From the NCBI GenBank assembly GCA_903933565.1, contig CAIZKT010000176.1, positions 1-34,141 of the forward strand: a DNA stretch of 34,141 bases. The letters are read 5' to 3'. Positions 1-10,372 of the stretch are shown here, piece after piece. Source of the DNA: an uncultured Victivallales bacterium (GTDB lineage Bacteria > Verrucomicrobiota > Lentisphaeria > Oligosphaerales > JAFGRS01). Within the stretch, counting starts at the first letter, position 1. Every line of letters starts with the position of its first letter. The translations under genes were made by a program, and so were the position numbers. Under the pieces are notes generated by a model. That model saw only the letters and a program-made list of their open reading frames with translations, ran no database searches and was not told the origin of the DNA.

Positions 1-2
1 TC

Positions 3-2159
3 GAGGGTGAGGGCACCCTGCGCGCCAACCTCGACGAGCGCGTCATCCAAGCCAACCTTCCCGCCGTGACTCAGGCCCTGCGCCGGGTGGACTTCCCCGC
101 GCCCGTGACCCTCCAGGTCAGCCTGCCACGCTCGCCGCCTGACTGGCGCCGGTGGCGCGGCAGCGTTACCCTCGCCACCGATAGTGTGCGGGTCTGGGAC
201 CGCACTCTTACTCCAGTCAAGCTCGTGGCCCATCTGGACGCGGGCGTGATCGACCTTGAGACGCTGACGGCGGGCTGTCCCGAGGCGCCCGCGGATGTCC
301 TGGCGGTAACCGCGACGCTGGACCTGGCCCAGGCCATCGACTCCGGCACCTGGCAGGTCCTGGCCGAAGTCCGCGGCAAGGCGATCCTGGAGCCTGCCAT
401 CGCCGGCTCGCGCACCCCGCCGGCCACGGCCTGGCAAGAAGCCGTCGTCCTGCGTGGCATGGCACTGTTCACGCCGGCCACCGGCAGCCTTGATGTCGCG
501 GCTGAGGGTACGGCCTATCCCGATCGCTGGTATGCCACCTTCGTGCCCCGTATCGGCCTTCCCGCCAGTCACATCGCCCGCGATATCCGCAGCGCCCTGG
601 GCGCCCCGGCCTGCATCATGCTGACCGCGACGCGCCCGGACCGAAGTCGGCCGCCCCGGCTCAGCGCCTCTGTCAGCGCCGCGGGCGCGCGCTACGCCGA
701 CCTCGAATTCCGTACGGTCCAAGGCGATCTTGAGGTCAGCCGTGACATGATCGAGTTCACCGGCCTGAGTGCGACCACGACGGCCGGCGATGACCTTACC
801 GTCGACCAGTTGCGCATCGACTTCGAACCCCTTGCCGTGACGATCTGCAACGCCCGCGTGATCGGCAATCCGGAACTGGCGCAGACGTTCATCGACGACC
901 GCGAGGGCAAAGCCATCTACCGCTCGGTGTGGCGGGACTTCCGCTGGACGCCTGGCCACCCGGCCACCATCGACCTGCACCAGTTGGTCTATCAGCAGGG
1001 CGCGGGCAGGCAGGCCTGGACCCTGACCCTCGATGCCGACCTCCGCGCCGCGCAGGCCAGCTACCGCGACCTACCGGTGCAGCGCCTCGCTGCCAAGGTC
1101 CTGCTGGATCTCCCCGACAGCGTCGTGGTGCGTGACGCGCGGGTCGAGACGGACGCCGCGACGGTCGAGGGTGACGTCACCATCCTTACCGGGAAGAATC
1201 CCACCTGCTCCTTCAAGGTGCGCCAGGTACAGGGCGGCCAGGATCCCCGGCGCATCCTGCGCCTGCTCAACCCCGAATGGGACGCCGCCTTGAGCCTGCT
1301 GAGCTTCTCTCCCGAGTCCGCGGTCGACTGCGGTGGCTCATTCCACCTGAGCGGTGAACCCATGCTGCAGCTCAGCGGCACCTTGAGCACACCCTATTGT
1401 ATCTTCCGCGGCCTGCGCGTGGACGAGCCCCGGGTGCAGTGGCGTCTAAGGCAGTCAGCCGTGCATTGGAACCTGACCTCGGGTCGGCTCTTCGGCGGCC
1501 CCATTGCCCTCACCGGAGTGTACGATGTCGAAGACGGCAGCGGAACCGTAGCCTTCCGCGGCGATGCGATGGTGCTGAAGGACGTGGCGGCGCAGTTTGG
1601 CCTGTCGGGCATGGACCTGGCTCAGGAGGGCGCCATCTCGGCCCATTGCCGCTTGCAGATCCTGCGGGGCTGGGCCGGTCGTGATCTGCAGGTCTACGGC
1701 GATGGGAACCTCTCCATCACCCAGGCCGATCTCTGGCGGGTGCCCCTGTTCAACACCTTGGGCCGCCTGCTTGACGTCTCGTTCCTCAACCGCATCACCG
1801 GCGGCAAGACCACCGGACTGGGCCGCATCACTCGCCTCGATGCCGAACTGGGGCTCAACGGCGATCGCATGATCGTGCGCTCACTCACCACCGACGGGAC
1901 CATCGTGTCGCTGCGCGGCAATGGCGAGTACTGCTGGGAGACGGACCGCATCAACCTTGCGGTCAGCGGCGAAACCCTCGACCGGGCGGGACTGGTCGGC
2001 TGGATCTTCAAGCCCTTGTCCTGGGCCTTCTTCAACGCGGAGTTGACCGGTACCTCCAAGGACAACAAGTGGCGCCTCTCAACGGTTCTGAGCAAGGTCC
2101 TGCCGGGCAGTTCAGGAGGCAATTCCGGCGATGCTCTCGAGCCGCTTCCCGAGCCTTGA
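3..2159 (+). CDS. AsmA-like C-terminal domain / large beta-rich envelope protein, 5'-truncated by the window
   Basis: The frame is open from base 3 (EGEGTLRANLDERV...) through the track's GTG at 66 to TGA 2159. The sequence is beta-strand-rich and ends in an AsmA_2-like C-terminus (GDGNLSITQADLWRVPLF...LRGNGEY...FFNAELTGTSKDNKW). Confidence 0.65.
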   Translation, partial: EGEGTLRANLDERVIQANLPAVTQALRRVDFPAPVTLQVSLPRSPPDWRRWRGSVTLATDSVRVWDRTLTPVKLVAHLDAGVIDLETLTAGCPEAPADVLAVTATLDLAQAIDSGTWQVLAEVRGKAILEPAIAGSRTPPATAWQEAVVLRGMALFTPATGSLDVAAEGTAYPDRWYATFVPRIGLPASHIARDIRSALGAPACIMLTATRPDRSRPPRLSASVSAAGARYADLEFRTVQGDLEVSRDMIEFTGLSATTTAGDDLTVDQLRIDFEPLAVTICNARVIGNPELAQTFIDDREGKAIYRSVWRDFRWTPGHPATIDLHQLVYQQGAGRQAWTLTLDADLRAAQASYRDLPVQRLAAKVLLDLPDSVVVRDARVETDAATVEGDVTILTGKNPTCSFKVRQVQGGQDPRRILRLLNPEWDAALSLLSFSPESAVDCGGSFHLSGEPMLQLSGTLSTPYCIFRGLRVDEPRVQWRLRQSAVHWNLTSGRLFGGPIALTGVYDVEDGSGTVAFRGDAMVLKDVAAQFGLSGMDLAQEGAISAHCRLQILRGWAGRDLQVYGDGNLSITQADLWRVPLFNTLGRLLDVSFLNRITGGKTTGLGRITRLDAELGLNGDRMIVRSLTTDGTIVSLRGNGEYCWETDRINLAVSGETLDRAGLVGWIFKPLSWAFFNAELTGTSKDNKWRLSTVLSKVLPGSSGGNSGDALEPLPEP

Positions 2160-2222
2160 CCCCTTGCTTTTTGGCGGCGCGACCGGCGCCGCCGCCGTGT
2201 AATCACCGGCGCCTCGTGCTAG

Positions 2223-3323
<1,101 letters not shown>

Positions 3324-3457
3324 GGGGCGCTGGCCTTCCCGGCCTGCATCACACCCGCCCCCTGATGAACCAGAAGGCCGGCGGGGTCTAGGCTGCAGCT
3401 ATTCCGGACTGCGGTGCTGCCCCACGTCTGGACCAGGACACGCCGGAGACGAGCCCG

Positions 3458-4966
3458 ATGCAAAGCCCCTCGCTGCCCGCGTCGTTTGCCCCTGGCCGCG
3501 GCGCGAAACTCCGACAGGCCGTTGCCGCGGCCAAGCGTTTATTTGGCGACGACCTGTGGGACCAGGACGTGGCCCTGCTGTCGGGCTCCAAGCGTGTGCG
3601 CGTCTCCATCTGCCGGATCGCGGTCATGGTCGGACGCGGCTTCGTGGCCCACAACTGCGGCCTGCAGGCCTCGGCCCTGACCTACATTACGCTGATGAGC
3701 ATGATTCCCGTGCTGGCGCTGATGTTCTCCTTCTCCAAGGGCATCGGCATGCAGAACCGCCTCATCGAACTGATCGGCTTACAGAAGAGCGAGATCGTGG
3801 AGAGGGTGCGTGGCCACGAGCAGAAACGGGTCGAGTTTGACGTGGCCCCCCCGGGCTCCCCGGAGGCCAGCAGCGCGGGCAACGGGCAGTTCGCCCTCAG
3901 CAGCCTGCCCGAACCGCTGCAGAAAGTGGTCACCACCGTCTTCTCCTACGTCGAGAATACGAGCTTCGGCGCCCTGGGCCTGGTGGGATCTCTGCTGTTG
4001 CTCTGGGGGGCAGTGCAGGCCATGCATAAGCTGGAGCAGACCTTCAATCATATCTGGGGGGTGCGCACGCCGAGGCCCCTGTTCCGGCGTTTCACCGAGT
4101 ACTTCTTCGTGCTGGCCCTGGTGCCGGTGCTACTCGTGGTGGTCACCAGCGCCAATGCGGCCCTGTCGGCGCCGGCGGTGATCAGCCGTATTCATCTCTG
4201 GTTCGGGCCCTTGGCCGAACTCTACACCGGCATCCTGCGGCTCTTCGGCGTGACCGTGATCGTGGGCGCTTTTGCCTTCCTGTACCGGTTCATGCCCAAT
4301 ACCGACGTCAAGCCCGTTCCCGCACTGCTGGGTGGGCTGGTGGGCGGCGCGTTGTGGTATGCCACGCAGTGGGCCTACATCACCTTCCAAATCGGGGTCA
4401 CCAACTACAACGCCATCTACGGCACCTTTGCCGCGGTGCCTTTCTTCCTTGCCTGGCTCTACACGAACTGGACCATTGTCCTGTTCGGGGCCGAAGTCAG
4501 CTTCGCGGTACAGAATTACCGCACCACCATCCTCGAAGGCTCGGCGGCGGCCTCGACGCCGGCAGCGAGGGTGCTGCTGGGGATCGTGCTGACCTATGAG
4601 TCCTGCAAGGCCTTCCTGGCCTGCGAGCGCGGCTGGCGTCCGGCGGAGTTTGCCCGGGTCCATGCCCTGCCCATGCGCCTGGTGGCCAGCGTCGCTACCA
4701 CGCTGGTGACCGCGGGCATCCTGGTCCCCGTCGATCTCGGTGGCGAGCGCGAGCGCTGCTATGTCCCAGGCAAACCGCCGGAACAACTGACCCTGGCCGA
4801 CGTGGAAGCGGCCGTGCGCGCCAACCACAAGCCCTGCACTGATCAACTTCTCCGCCTCGTGCCCGAGCGCGTTGCCGCCACCCTGCAGAAGCCCTACAAC
4901 GCCTTCTTTGGCCACTTGTCAACGGTGACCTTCCGCGCCCTGGTCGAGAGGGAGAACGAGGCGTGA
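3458..4966 (+). CDS. YihY/virulence factor BrkB family membrane protein with a C-terminal winged-helix-like extension
   Basis: ASALTYITLMSMIPVLAL, LEQTFNHIWGV, LYRFMPNTDV and YNAIYGTFAAVPFFLAWLYTNWTIVLFGAE are present. The tail (LVTAGIL...YVPGKPPEQLTLADV) resembles the Rrf2-like extension of long YihY proteins. Confidence 0.9.
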   Translation: MQSPSLPASFAPGRGAKLRQAVAAAKRLFGDDLWDQDVALLSGSKRVRVSICRIAVMVGRGFVAHNCGLQASALTYITLMSMIPVLALMFSFSKGIGMQNRLIELIGLQKSEIVERVRGHEQKRVEFDVAPPGSPEASSAGNGQFALSSLPEPLQKVVTTVFSYVENTSFGALGLVGSLLLLWGAVQAMHKLEQTFNHIWGVRTPRPLFRRFTEYFFVLALVPVLLVVVTSANAALSAPAVISRIHLWFGPLAELYTGILRLFGVTVIVGAFAFLYRFMPNTDVKPVPALLGGLVGGALWYATQWAYITFQIGVTNYNAIYGTFAAVPFFLAWLYTNWTIVLFGAEVSFAVQNYRTTILEGSAAASTPAARVLLGIVLTYESCKAFLACERGWRPAEFARVHALPMRLVASVATTLVTAGILVPVDLGGERERCYVPGKPPEQLTLADVEAAVRANHKPCTDQLLRLVPERVAATLQKPYNAFFGHLSTVTFRALVERENEA

Positions 4967-4987
4967 CGGCAGCAGAGGGGACAGACC

Positions 4988-6322
4988 GTGAAGCACTGCA
5001 CCGAACTGGACTTTGGGCCCTACGGCGGGGCGGAATTGTTCTTTGCGGACATCGATGGCGATGGGCAGATCGAGATTCTCGCCTATCAGGGCCCCGGCGT
5101 ATTCGGCGCCACGCCGTACCGGTCCTGGCCTCAGGTGGCGCCAGTGCTACCGCGCTCCACCTGTCTTTCGGCGTTTCGCCGCGACGGCACCCGCCTCTGG
5201 AGCTTCGGCGAGCCCAACCCCACGGATAGACCCTACGCGGCGCATGCCTTTGAAGCCTGCGTCAGCGTCGGCGACATCGACGGGGATGGCACGCCGACCG
5301 TGGCCCTGGCTGACGGTTCCCGGCTGCTGCTTCTCGACGGTCCCAGCGGCGCCCTGCGGACGGCGGCATCTCTGGCGGCAGACAACCTCTACATCGTCGG
5401 CATGCTGGGACAACCCAGCGCGCCAGGCGAGGCTGTGCTTGCCGCCAAGAACGGCGAGGGCGGCAGCGGGCCCTGGCGCTACGGCGAGCCGGTGCTTGGC
5501 TTCGACCGGGACCTGCGTCCAGTCTGGGGACCTGTCGCCATCCCCGGCGGGGGCCACTACATCCTCGGTGTCGACCTTGACCGCCGCGGTCGCCACGACT
5601 TCCTCATTGGTTACTGTCGCGTCACTCCCGCCGGACAGTGGACCTGCCTGGTGGAGGGCCTCGATCCCGCCCGCGTCGATGCGGCCACGGCCCACGTCGA
5701 CTACACCGAGGTCCTGCCCATCGGCCGAACCCAGTGCCTGGTGGGCTTTGCCGGTTCCGATAAAGCCTACCTGGTGGGTCCCCGCCGACGCACGCGCTTC
5801 GTGCGTCCCGACACCCACGTGCAAGGCTGCGCGGTGGGGCGATTCCGTCCCGACAGCCGTTTCCAGATGATGATCTACAACGACGATGGGCCGCTGCTGC
5901 TGGTTGATGCCGCCGGGCGGGAACTCTGGCGTTTGCCCACCACGCCTCTCGAACAGTGGCCGCTGGGACAACCCGAGTGCTGCCGCGGCCGCGTCTTCCA
6001 CCGCAACCGGCCCATCGTGCGCTGGCCGGGTCGGCCGGACCGCGTCGTCTTCTCCGACGGAGGTTGGCCTTGGGTAATCGACGGCGACGGCCTGGTCACC
6101 CGCTGTTTCGACCCGCCGGAAACCGCGCGCCAGCCCGAGCAGACTCTGCCGGAACAGGCGCGGGCAGACGATATGGGCTTCGGCTTCGCCACCCAGATCG
6201 TGGATTGGACCGGCGACGGCACCCCGCACGCCGTCATCTACGACCGTCGCCGACTCTGGGTCTTCCCGCCTCCGGAAACGACTCAGGCCCGCTCCCGGAA
6301 GGTGCTCCGGACTCGGGCCTGA
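4988..6322 (+). CDS. FG-GAP/VCBS-like repeat beta-propeller protein (PL11 rhamnogalacturonan-lyase-like architecture)
   Basis: Repeated DxDGDG-type loops: DIDGDGQIEI, GDIDGDGTPTV, DLDRRGRHDF, DWTGDGTPH. GTG start follows a purine-rich stretch (GAGGGG). Confidence 0.6.
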   Translation: MKHCTELDFGPYGGAELFFADIDGDGQIEILAYQGPGVFGATPYRSWPQVAPVLPRSTCLSAFRRDGTRLWSFGEPNPTDRPYAAHAFEACVSVGDIDGDGTPTVALADGSRLLLLDGPSGALRTAASLAADNLYIVGMLGQPSAPGEAVLAAKNGEGGSGPWRYGEPVLGFDRDLRPVWGPVAIPGGGHYILGVDLDRRGRHDFLIGYCRVTPAGQWTCLVEGLDPARVDAATAHVDYTEVLPIGRTQCLVGFAGSDKAYLVGPRRRTRFVRPDTHVQGCAVGRFRPDSRFQMMIYNDDGPLLLVDAAGRELWRLPTTPLEQWPLGQPECCRGRVFHRNRPIVRWPGRPDRVVFSDGGWPWVIDGDGLVTRCFDPPETARQPEQTLPEQARADDMGFGFATQIVDWTGDGTPHAVIYDRRRLWVFPPPETTQARSRKVLRTRA

Positions 6323-6325
6323 GCC

Positions 6326-7123
6326 TCACGGGACCAGCGCACCCCGCGGCGCCAGCCGCAGGCGCCAGACGCCGACCAGGGCCTCGACGGCGATGCCAAA
6401 GCGCATCTTGGAGACGCCCACCCGACGGTCGGGGAAGTGGATCGGCACCTCGCGCACGGCGGCCCCCAGCAGCCGGGCCCGGTACAGCATCTCGATCTGG
6501 AAACCAAACTGCCGCAGATACAGCGGCCTCTCGACCCCACGCGCCAACAGCGCCGCCCGCCAGCAGCGGAAGCCTCCCGTGGCATCGCGTACACCCAAAC
6601 CCAAGATCAGTGCCGCATAGCGCGAGCCGACCAGGCTGGTGAGGCGCCGCGGCCACGGCCAGCCTTCGGTGGACCCACCCGCGGCATAGCGCGAGCCCAA
6701 CACCAGGTCCGCCCCGGAACGCAGCGCGCCAAGCAATGCGGGCAGGTGCTCGGGACGATGGGAGAAGTCGGCATCCATCTGAATCACGGCGCGGGCCCCG
6801 GCGGCCAGCGCCTGGCGGAAGCCGTCGATGTAGGCCGGGCCCAGACCCTCGCGCCGCGCCCGAACCAGCAGGTCAACACCCGCATCGGCGAGACGGTGGA
6901 CGCGCACCGCCTCGGCAGTGCCGTCCGGGCTCTGGTCGTCGACCACCAGCAGGCGCGCTTCCGGCAACGCCGCGCGTACCGCCTTTAGCAGGGGGATGAT
7001 CGTGTCGCGCTCGTTGAAGGTGGGGACGACCACGGTCACCCCGCCACCCGTCGGCGACACCCCGCCGTCGTCCAGCCCGGCGTCCGCCGGGTTCGCTGGC
7101 CTCTGGGGTTGCAGCGCTGCCAT
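6326..7123 (-). CDS. Polyprenol monophosphomannose synthase-like glycosyltransferase (GT2)
   Basis: VVVPTFNE, VVDDQSPDGT, GLGPAYIDGF, QMDADFSH, GSRY, DATGGFR, FQIEM and PIHFPDRRVGVSKM. ATG at 7123 preferred; GTG at 7138 is an alternative. Confidence 0.93.
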   Translation of the reverse strand: MAALQPQRPANPADAGLDDGGVSPTGGGVTVVVPTFNERDTIIPLLKAVRAALPEARLLVVDDQSPDGTAEAVRVHRLADAGVDLLVRARREGLGPAYIDGFRQALAAGARAVIQMDADFSHRPEHLPALLGALRSGADLVLGSRYAAGGSTEGWPWPRRLTSLVGSRYAALILGLGVRDATGGFRCWRAALLARGVERPLYLRQFGFQIEMLYRARLLGAAVREVPIHFPDRRVGVSKMRFGIAVEALVGVWRLRLAPRGALVP

Positions 7124-7134
7124 GGGGGTTCCCT

Positions 7135-8040
7135 TCACAAACCTCGACCCGCCGCACCCAGGGCGTCGGCCATCAGGGCATGCAGGTCGCCCAGATGTTC
7201 TACGCTCAGGTCAGGCCGCACCTCCAGCCCGACGCCATACACGCCGTCTTCCTGCGGATTCGCCACCTTACAGCTCAGCGCCCCGGCATTGGCGGCCAGC
7301 AGGATGTCCGTCTGCAGACGATCGCCGATCATCAGGATTTGGCCGGACTGAAGGCCATGCCGGGTAGCGATGGGCCACAACATTTCGGGATTGGGCTTGC
7401 CCAGCACCTTGTCCGGCGACCGCAGCGTCGCCGCGGTCAGGCAGGCGCAGATCGAGCCGCAGTCCACCAGCAGCGTCTCTTCGTCGGTTGGACAGATGAC
7501 GTCGGGGTGGGTCGCGATGAAGGGCCTGCCGCGCCGGATCCAGTACCCCGCCCGGCACAGCCGCTCGTAGCTCAGGCCCGTGTCGAACCCGACCACCACC
7601 ACCTCGGGGTTATCGTCGACGTCCGTGAAGCCTGCCTCAGCCATCTCGGCACGCAGACTCGGGGTGCCCAGAATGAAGAGCCGTTTCTGCCCAGCGTACT
7701 CCTGGCGCAGGTAGTCCACCGTGTTCCAGGTCGAGGTGTACATCTGCGCCGGCTCGATCTGAATGCCCAGGTCGGCCAGCTTGTCGAGATAGACCTGCCG
7801 ACTCTTGGATGAGTTGTTGGTCAGGAAGGTGAAGCCGATCCCATGCGCCCTGAGGAAATCAAGCCACGGCAGCGTCCAAGGGAAGAGCGTCGCGCCGCGG
7901 TAGATCGTGCCGTCCATGTCCATCACCACATGACGGACGCGTCGCAGCAGGGAGGCCGAGTCATGGGGTTCAGAGTTCAGAATGTGGGATTCCTGAGTTG
8001 CGGGTTCGGGGCCCAGAGGGTCCGTCGTCCGTGGTTCCAA
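7135..8040 (-). CDS. HAD-IIA family hydrolase (NagD-like phosphatase)
   Basis: DMDGTIY (motif I), FLTNNSS, VVVGFD, ATHPD, GKPNP and IGDRLQTDI. The start codon is uncertain (TTG, low-complexity N-terminus). Confidence 0.92.
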   Translation of the reverse strand: MEPRTTDPLGPEPATQESHILNSEPHDSASLLRRVRHVVMDMDGTIYRGATLFPWTLPWLDFLRAHGIGFTFLTNNSSKSRQVYLDKLADLGIQIEPAQMYTSTWNTVDYLRQEYAGQKRLFILGTPSLRAEMAEAGFTDVDDNPEVVVVGFDTGLSYERLCRAGYWIRRGRPFIATHPDVICPTDEETLLVDCGSICACLTAATLRSPDKVLGKPNPEMLWPIATRHGLQSGQILMIGDRLQTDILLAANAGALSCKVANPQEDGVYGVGLEVRPDLSVEHLGDLHALMADALGAAGRGL

Positions 8041-8079
8041 AATACCCGCCGGGCGCAGCCCCCCGCCGGGCGCAGTACC

Positions 8080-9537
8080 TCAGCGCCGGACATGAGCCAG
8101 GAAGGCACGGTAGCCCTTGTAGGCCATGTAGGCGTCCAGCTTGCCGGCCACCTCCCAGGGCGCGTGCATGCTGAACAGGCCCACCCCGCAGTCCACTACA
8201 TCCATGCCGTAGCGCGCTAGAAACTGCGCAATGGTGCCGCCGCCACCGACGTCTACCTTGCCCAGTTCCCCCGACTGCCACACCACCCCGGCGCTATTGA
8301 ACACCTGCCGGATTTCGGCCATGAACTCGGCGCTGGCATCGCTCGAACCGGACTTGCCGCGCGAGCCGGTGTACTTTGCCACGACCACGCCGGCGTTGAT
8401 CTGGGCCATGTTGTTGGGGCTGCTGACGTCGGGGTAGTTCGGGTCATGCAGAGCATTCACGTCCGCCGACAGCATCCGCGAGCGCTCCAGGCAACGCCGC
8501 AGGGCCAGGTTCGTGTCCACCGCGCCGGTCAGGGCGATCATTTCGGCAACGCTATTCTCGAGGAACACGGAATCCATGCCGGTGGCGCCCACCGAACCGA
8601 TTTCCTCCTTGTCACAGAGGAGAACGACGGCGGTATGCTCCGGGGTGGCCTCGAGATCAAACAGTGCCCTCAGCCCGGCATAGGCGCAGACCCGGTCATC
8701 GTGGGCATAGCCGAGGATCATAGAGCGGTCCAGGCCCAGGTCCCGCGCCGGCCCGGCCGGCACGATCTCCAACTCGGCGCTGGCAAAGTCCTGCTCCTCG
8801 ATCCCGTAGCGCTTCTCCAGCAGGCGCAGGATGCCGAGTTTCACCTTGTCCTTCACCTCGGGGTCATCGTCCGCTTTCTCGGCCGGCAGACTGCCGAACA
8901 GCACATTCAACCCCTCGCCGTTGATCCCCTCCGACATCGGCTTGGCTGCCTGTTCCTTGCCCAGATGCGGCAACAGGTCCGTGATCGTAAACACCGGGTC
9001 GGCTGGGTCTTCGCCGATGCACACCTGCACCAGGGTGCCATCCTGGCGAACGACCACGCCGTGCAGGGCCAGCGGCATGGCCACCCACTGGTACTTCTTG
9101 ATGCCACCATAGTAATGGGTGTCGAGCAAGGCGACGCCGCCGTCCTGATAGAGCGGCACCGGTTTCGCGTCGAGCCGCGGCGCATCCGTGTGCCCGCCGA
9201 CCAGGTGCAGGCCCTGCTCGAAGCCACGCTTGCCGATGACCGCCGCCAGCAGGGTCTTGCCCCGGCAGCCGCGGTACACTTTCATCCCCGGTTTCAGGCG
9301 CTGCGCACCATCACGCAAGCTGTCCAGATCCACGAAACCGCGGGACTGCGCCTGCGACACCGCCAGGGCAAAAGCCTCCCGTTCGGTCTTGGCAACGCTC
9401 AGAAAGTCGACGTAGTCACGGCAGTACGCCGCCACCGACTCCCGTTCCGCCGGGCTGATGGCGGACCAGGCATTGTCACGCTTCCAGACGCGAGCCGGGG
9501 CAGCCGCGGGGACCGCGCCCTTCGTCTTCTGTGTCAT
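8080..9537 (-). CDS. M18 family zinc aminopeptidase (ApeA-like)
   Basis: HTDAPRLD, THYYGGIKKYQW, HDDRVC, DKEEIGS, SADV, GGGGTIA and MHAPWE. Confidence 0.95.
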   Translation of the reverse strand: MTQKTKGAVPAAAPARVWKRDNAWSAISPAERESVAAYCRDYVDFLSVAKTEREAFALAVSQAQSRGFVDLDSLRDGAQRLKPGMKVYRGCRGKTLLAAVIGKRGFEQGLHLVGGHTDAPRLDAKPVPLYQDGGVALLDTHYYGGIKKYQWVAMPLALHGVVVRQDGTLVQVCIGEDPADPVFTITDLLPHLGKEQAAKPMSEGINGEGLNVLFGSLPAEKADDDPEVKDKVKLGILRLLEKRYGIEEQDFASAELEIVPAGPARDLGLDRSMILGYAHDDRVCAYAGLRALFDLEATPEHTAVVLLCDKEEIGSVGATGMDSVFLENSVAEMIALTGAVDTNLALRRCLERSRMLSADVNALHDPNYPDVSSPNNMAQINAGVVVAKYTGSRGKSGSSDASAEFMAEIRQVFNSAGVVWQSGELGKVDVGGGGTIAQFLARYGMDVVDCGVGLFSMHAPWEVAGKLDAYMAYKGYRAFLAHVRR

Positions 9538-9582
9538 CTGCGCTTCTCCAAACTGACCTGCGCCCGGCCTGAGGGGTTCCCG

Positions 9583-9610
9583 TTGCGAGCCGGGCGCCGT
9601 CTACTATATT
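9583..9610 (+). promoter_or_regulatory. Putative sigma70 promoter for tmk-holB
   Basis: TTGCGA-N16-TATATT in the divergent intergenic region, about 105 bp upstream of tmk. Confidence 0.4.
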
Positions 9611-9715
9611 CCGTGCATCGAAGACCGACCAACCCAGGCCCGGTCGGAGTCGAGAATCGGGGCGTGAGTCGGTCCCTCAAGTGGGCTTCGCATAAGCCCG
9701 GGCGCCGGAGAGAGC

Positions 9716-10372
9716 GTGGCTGTCCGAACCATCCAAGGCGGGTTCTTCATCACCTTCGAGGGCCCTGAAGGCGCCGGCAAGACGACGCAGATCGGGCTGC
9801 TTGAAAACGTCCTCCGCGGCCGCGGCTTTGCCGTCACCGTCACCCGCGAGCCCGGCGGCACCCTTCTCGGCGAACGCCTGCGCGAGCTGATCAAGCACTT
9901 CGATGGGCCCGAAGGCGTGGCTCCTGAGGCGGAGTTGCTCATGTTCGGCGCCAGTCGCGCCCAACACCTGCGCCTGCTCATCCAGCCCCACCTCGCCGCC
10001 GGTGGCATTGTGCTCTGCGACCGTTTTGCCGACTCCACCACCGTCTACCAGGGCCTCGCCCGTGGCCTGGACCGCAGCTTCATCGAGGCCATGCACCGTT
10101 TCACCGTCGGCGAGCGCTGGCCCGACCTAACCTTCCTGCTGGACCTCGAGGTCGACGCCGGCCTGGAGCGCGCCCGGCAGCGGCGTCTTGCCACGCCCGG
10201 CCCCGTCGATCGCATCGAAGCCGAGTCGCGCCCCTTTCACGAGGCGGTGCGGCAGGGCTTCCTGCAGCTCGCCCAAGCCAACCCGGGGCGCTTCCGCATC
10301 GTCGCCGCCGCGGCCCCCCCCGAGACCGTCCACGCCCGGATTCTGGAGGGTCTCGACCGTGCCCTTGGCTGA
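9716..10372 (+). CDS. tmk: Thymidylate kinase
   Basis: FITFEGPEGAGKTTQ P-loop, TREPGGT, LCDRFADSTTVYQG, PDLTFLLD and DRIE. Confidence 0.97.
   Translation: MAVRTIQGGFFITFEGPEGAGKTTQIGLLENVLRGRGFAVTVTREPGGTLLGERLRELIKHFDGPEGVAPEAELLMFGASRAQHLRLLIQPHLAAGGIVLCDRFADSTTVYQGLARGLDRSFIEAMHRFTVGERWPDLTFLLDLEVDAGLERARQRRLATPGPVDRIEAESRPFHEAVRQGFLQLAQANPGRFRIVAAAAPPETVHARILEGLDRALG

Noticed and set aside
2173-2193. Intrinsic terminator after the AsmA-like gene
   Set aside because: The 8-bp GC hairpin is real, but the T-tract precedes it, so neither strand has a 3' U-run.
7965-8075. Degenerate heptamer run in the HAD N-terminus and a 14-bp direct repeat CCCGCCGGGCGCAG (8045, 8062)
   Set aside because: Short GC-rich or low-complexity repeats with no supportable function; they mainly make the HAD start codon uncertain.
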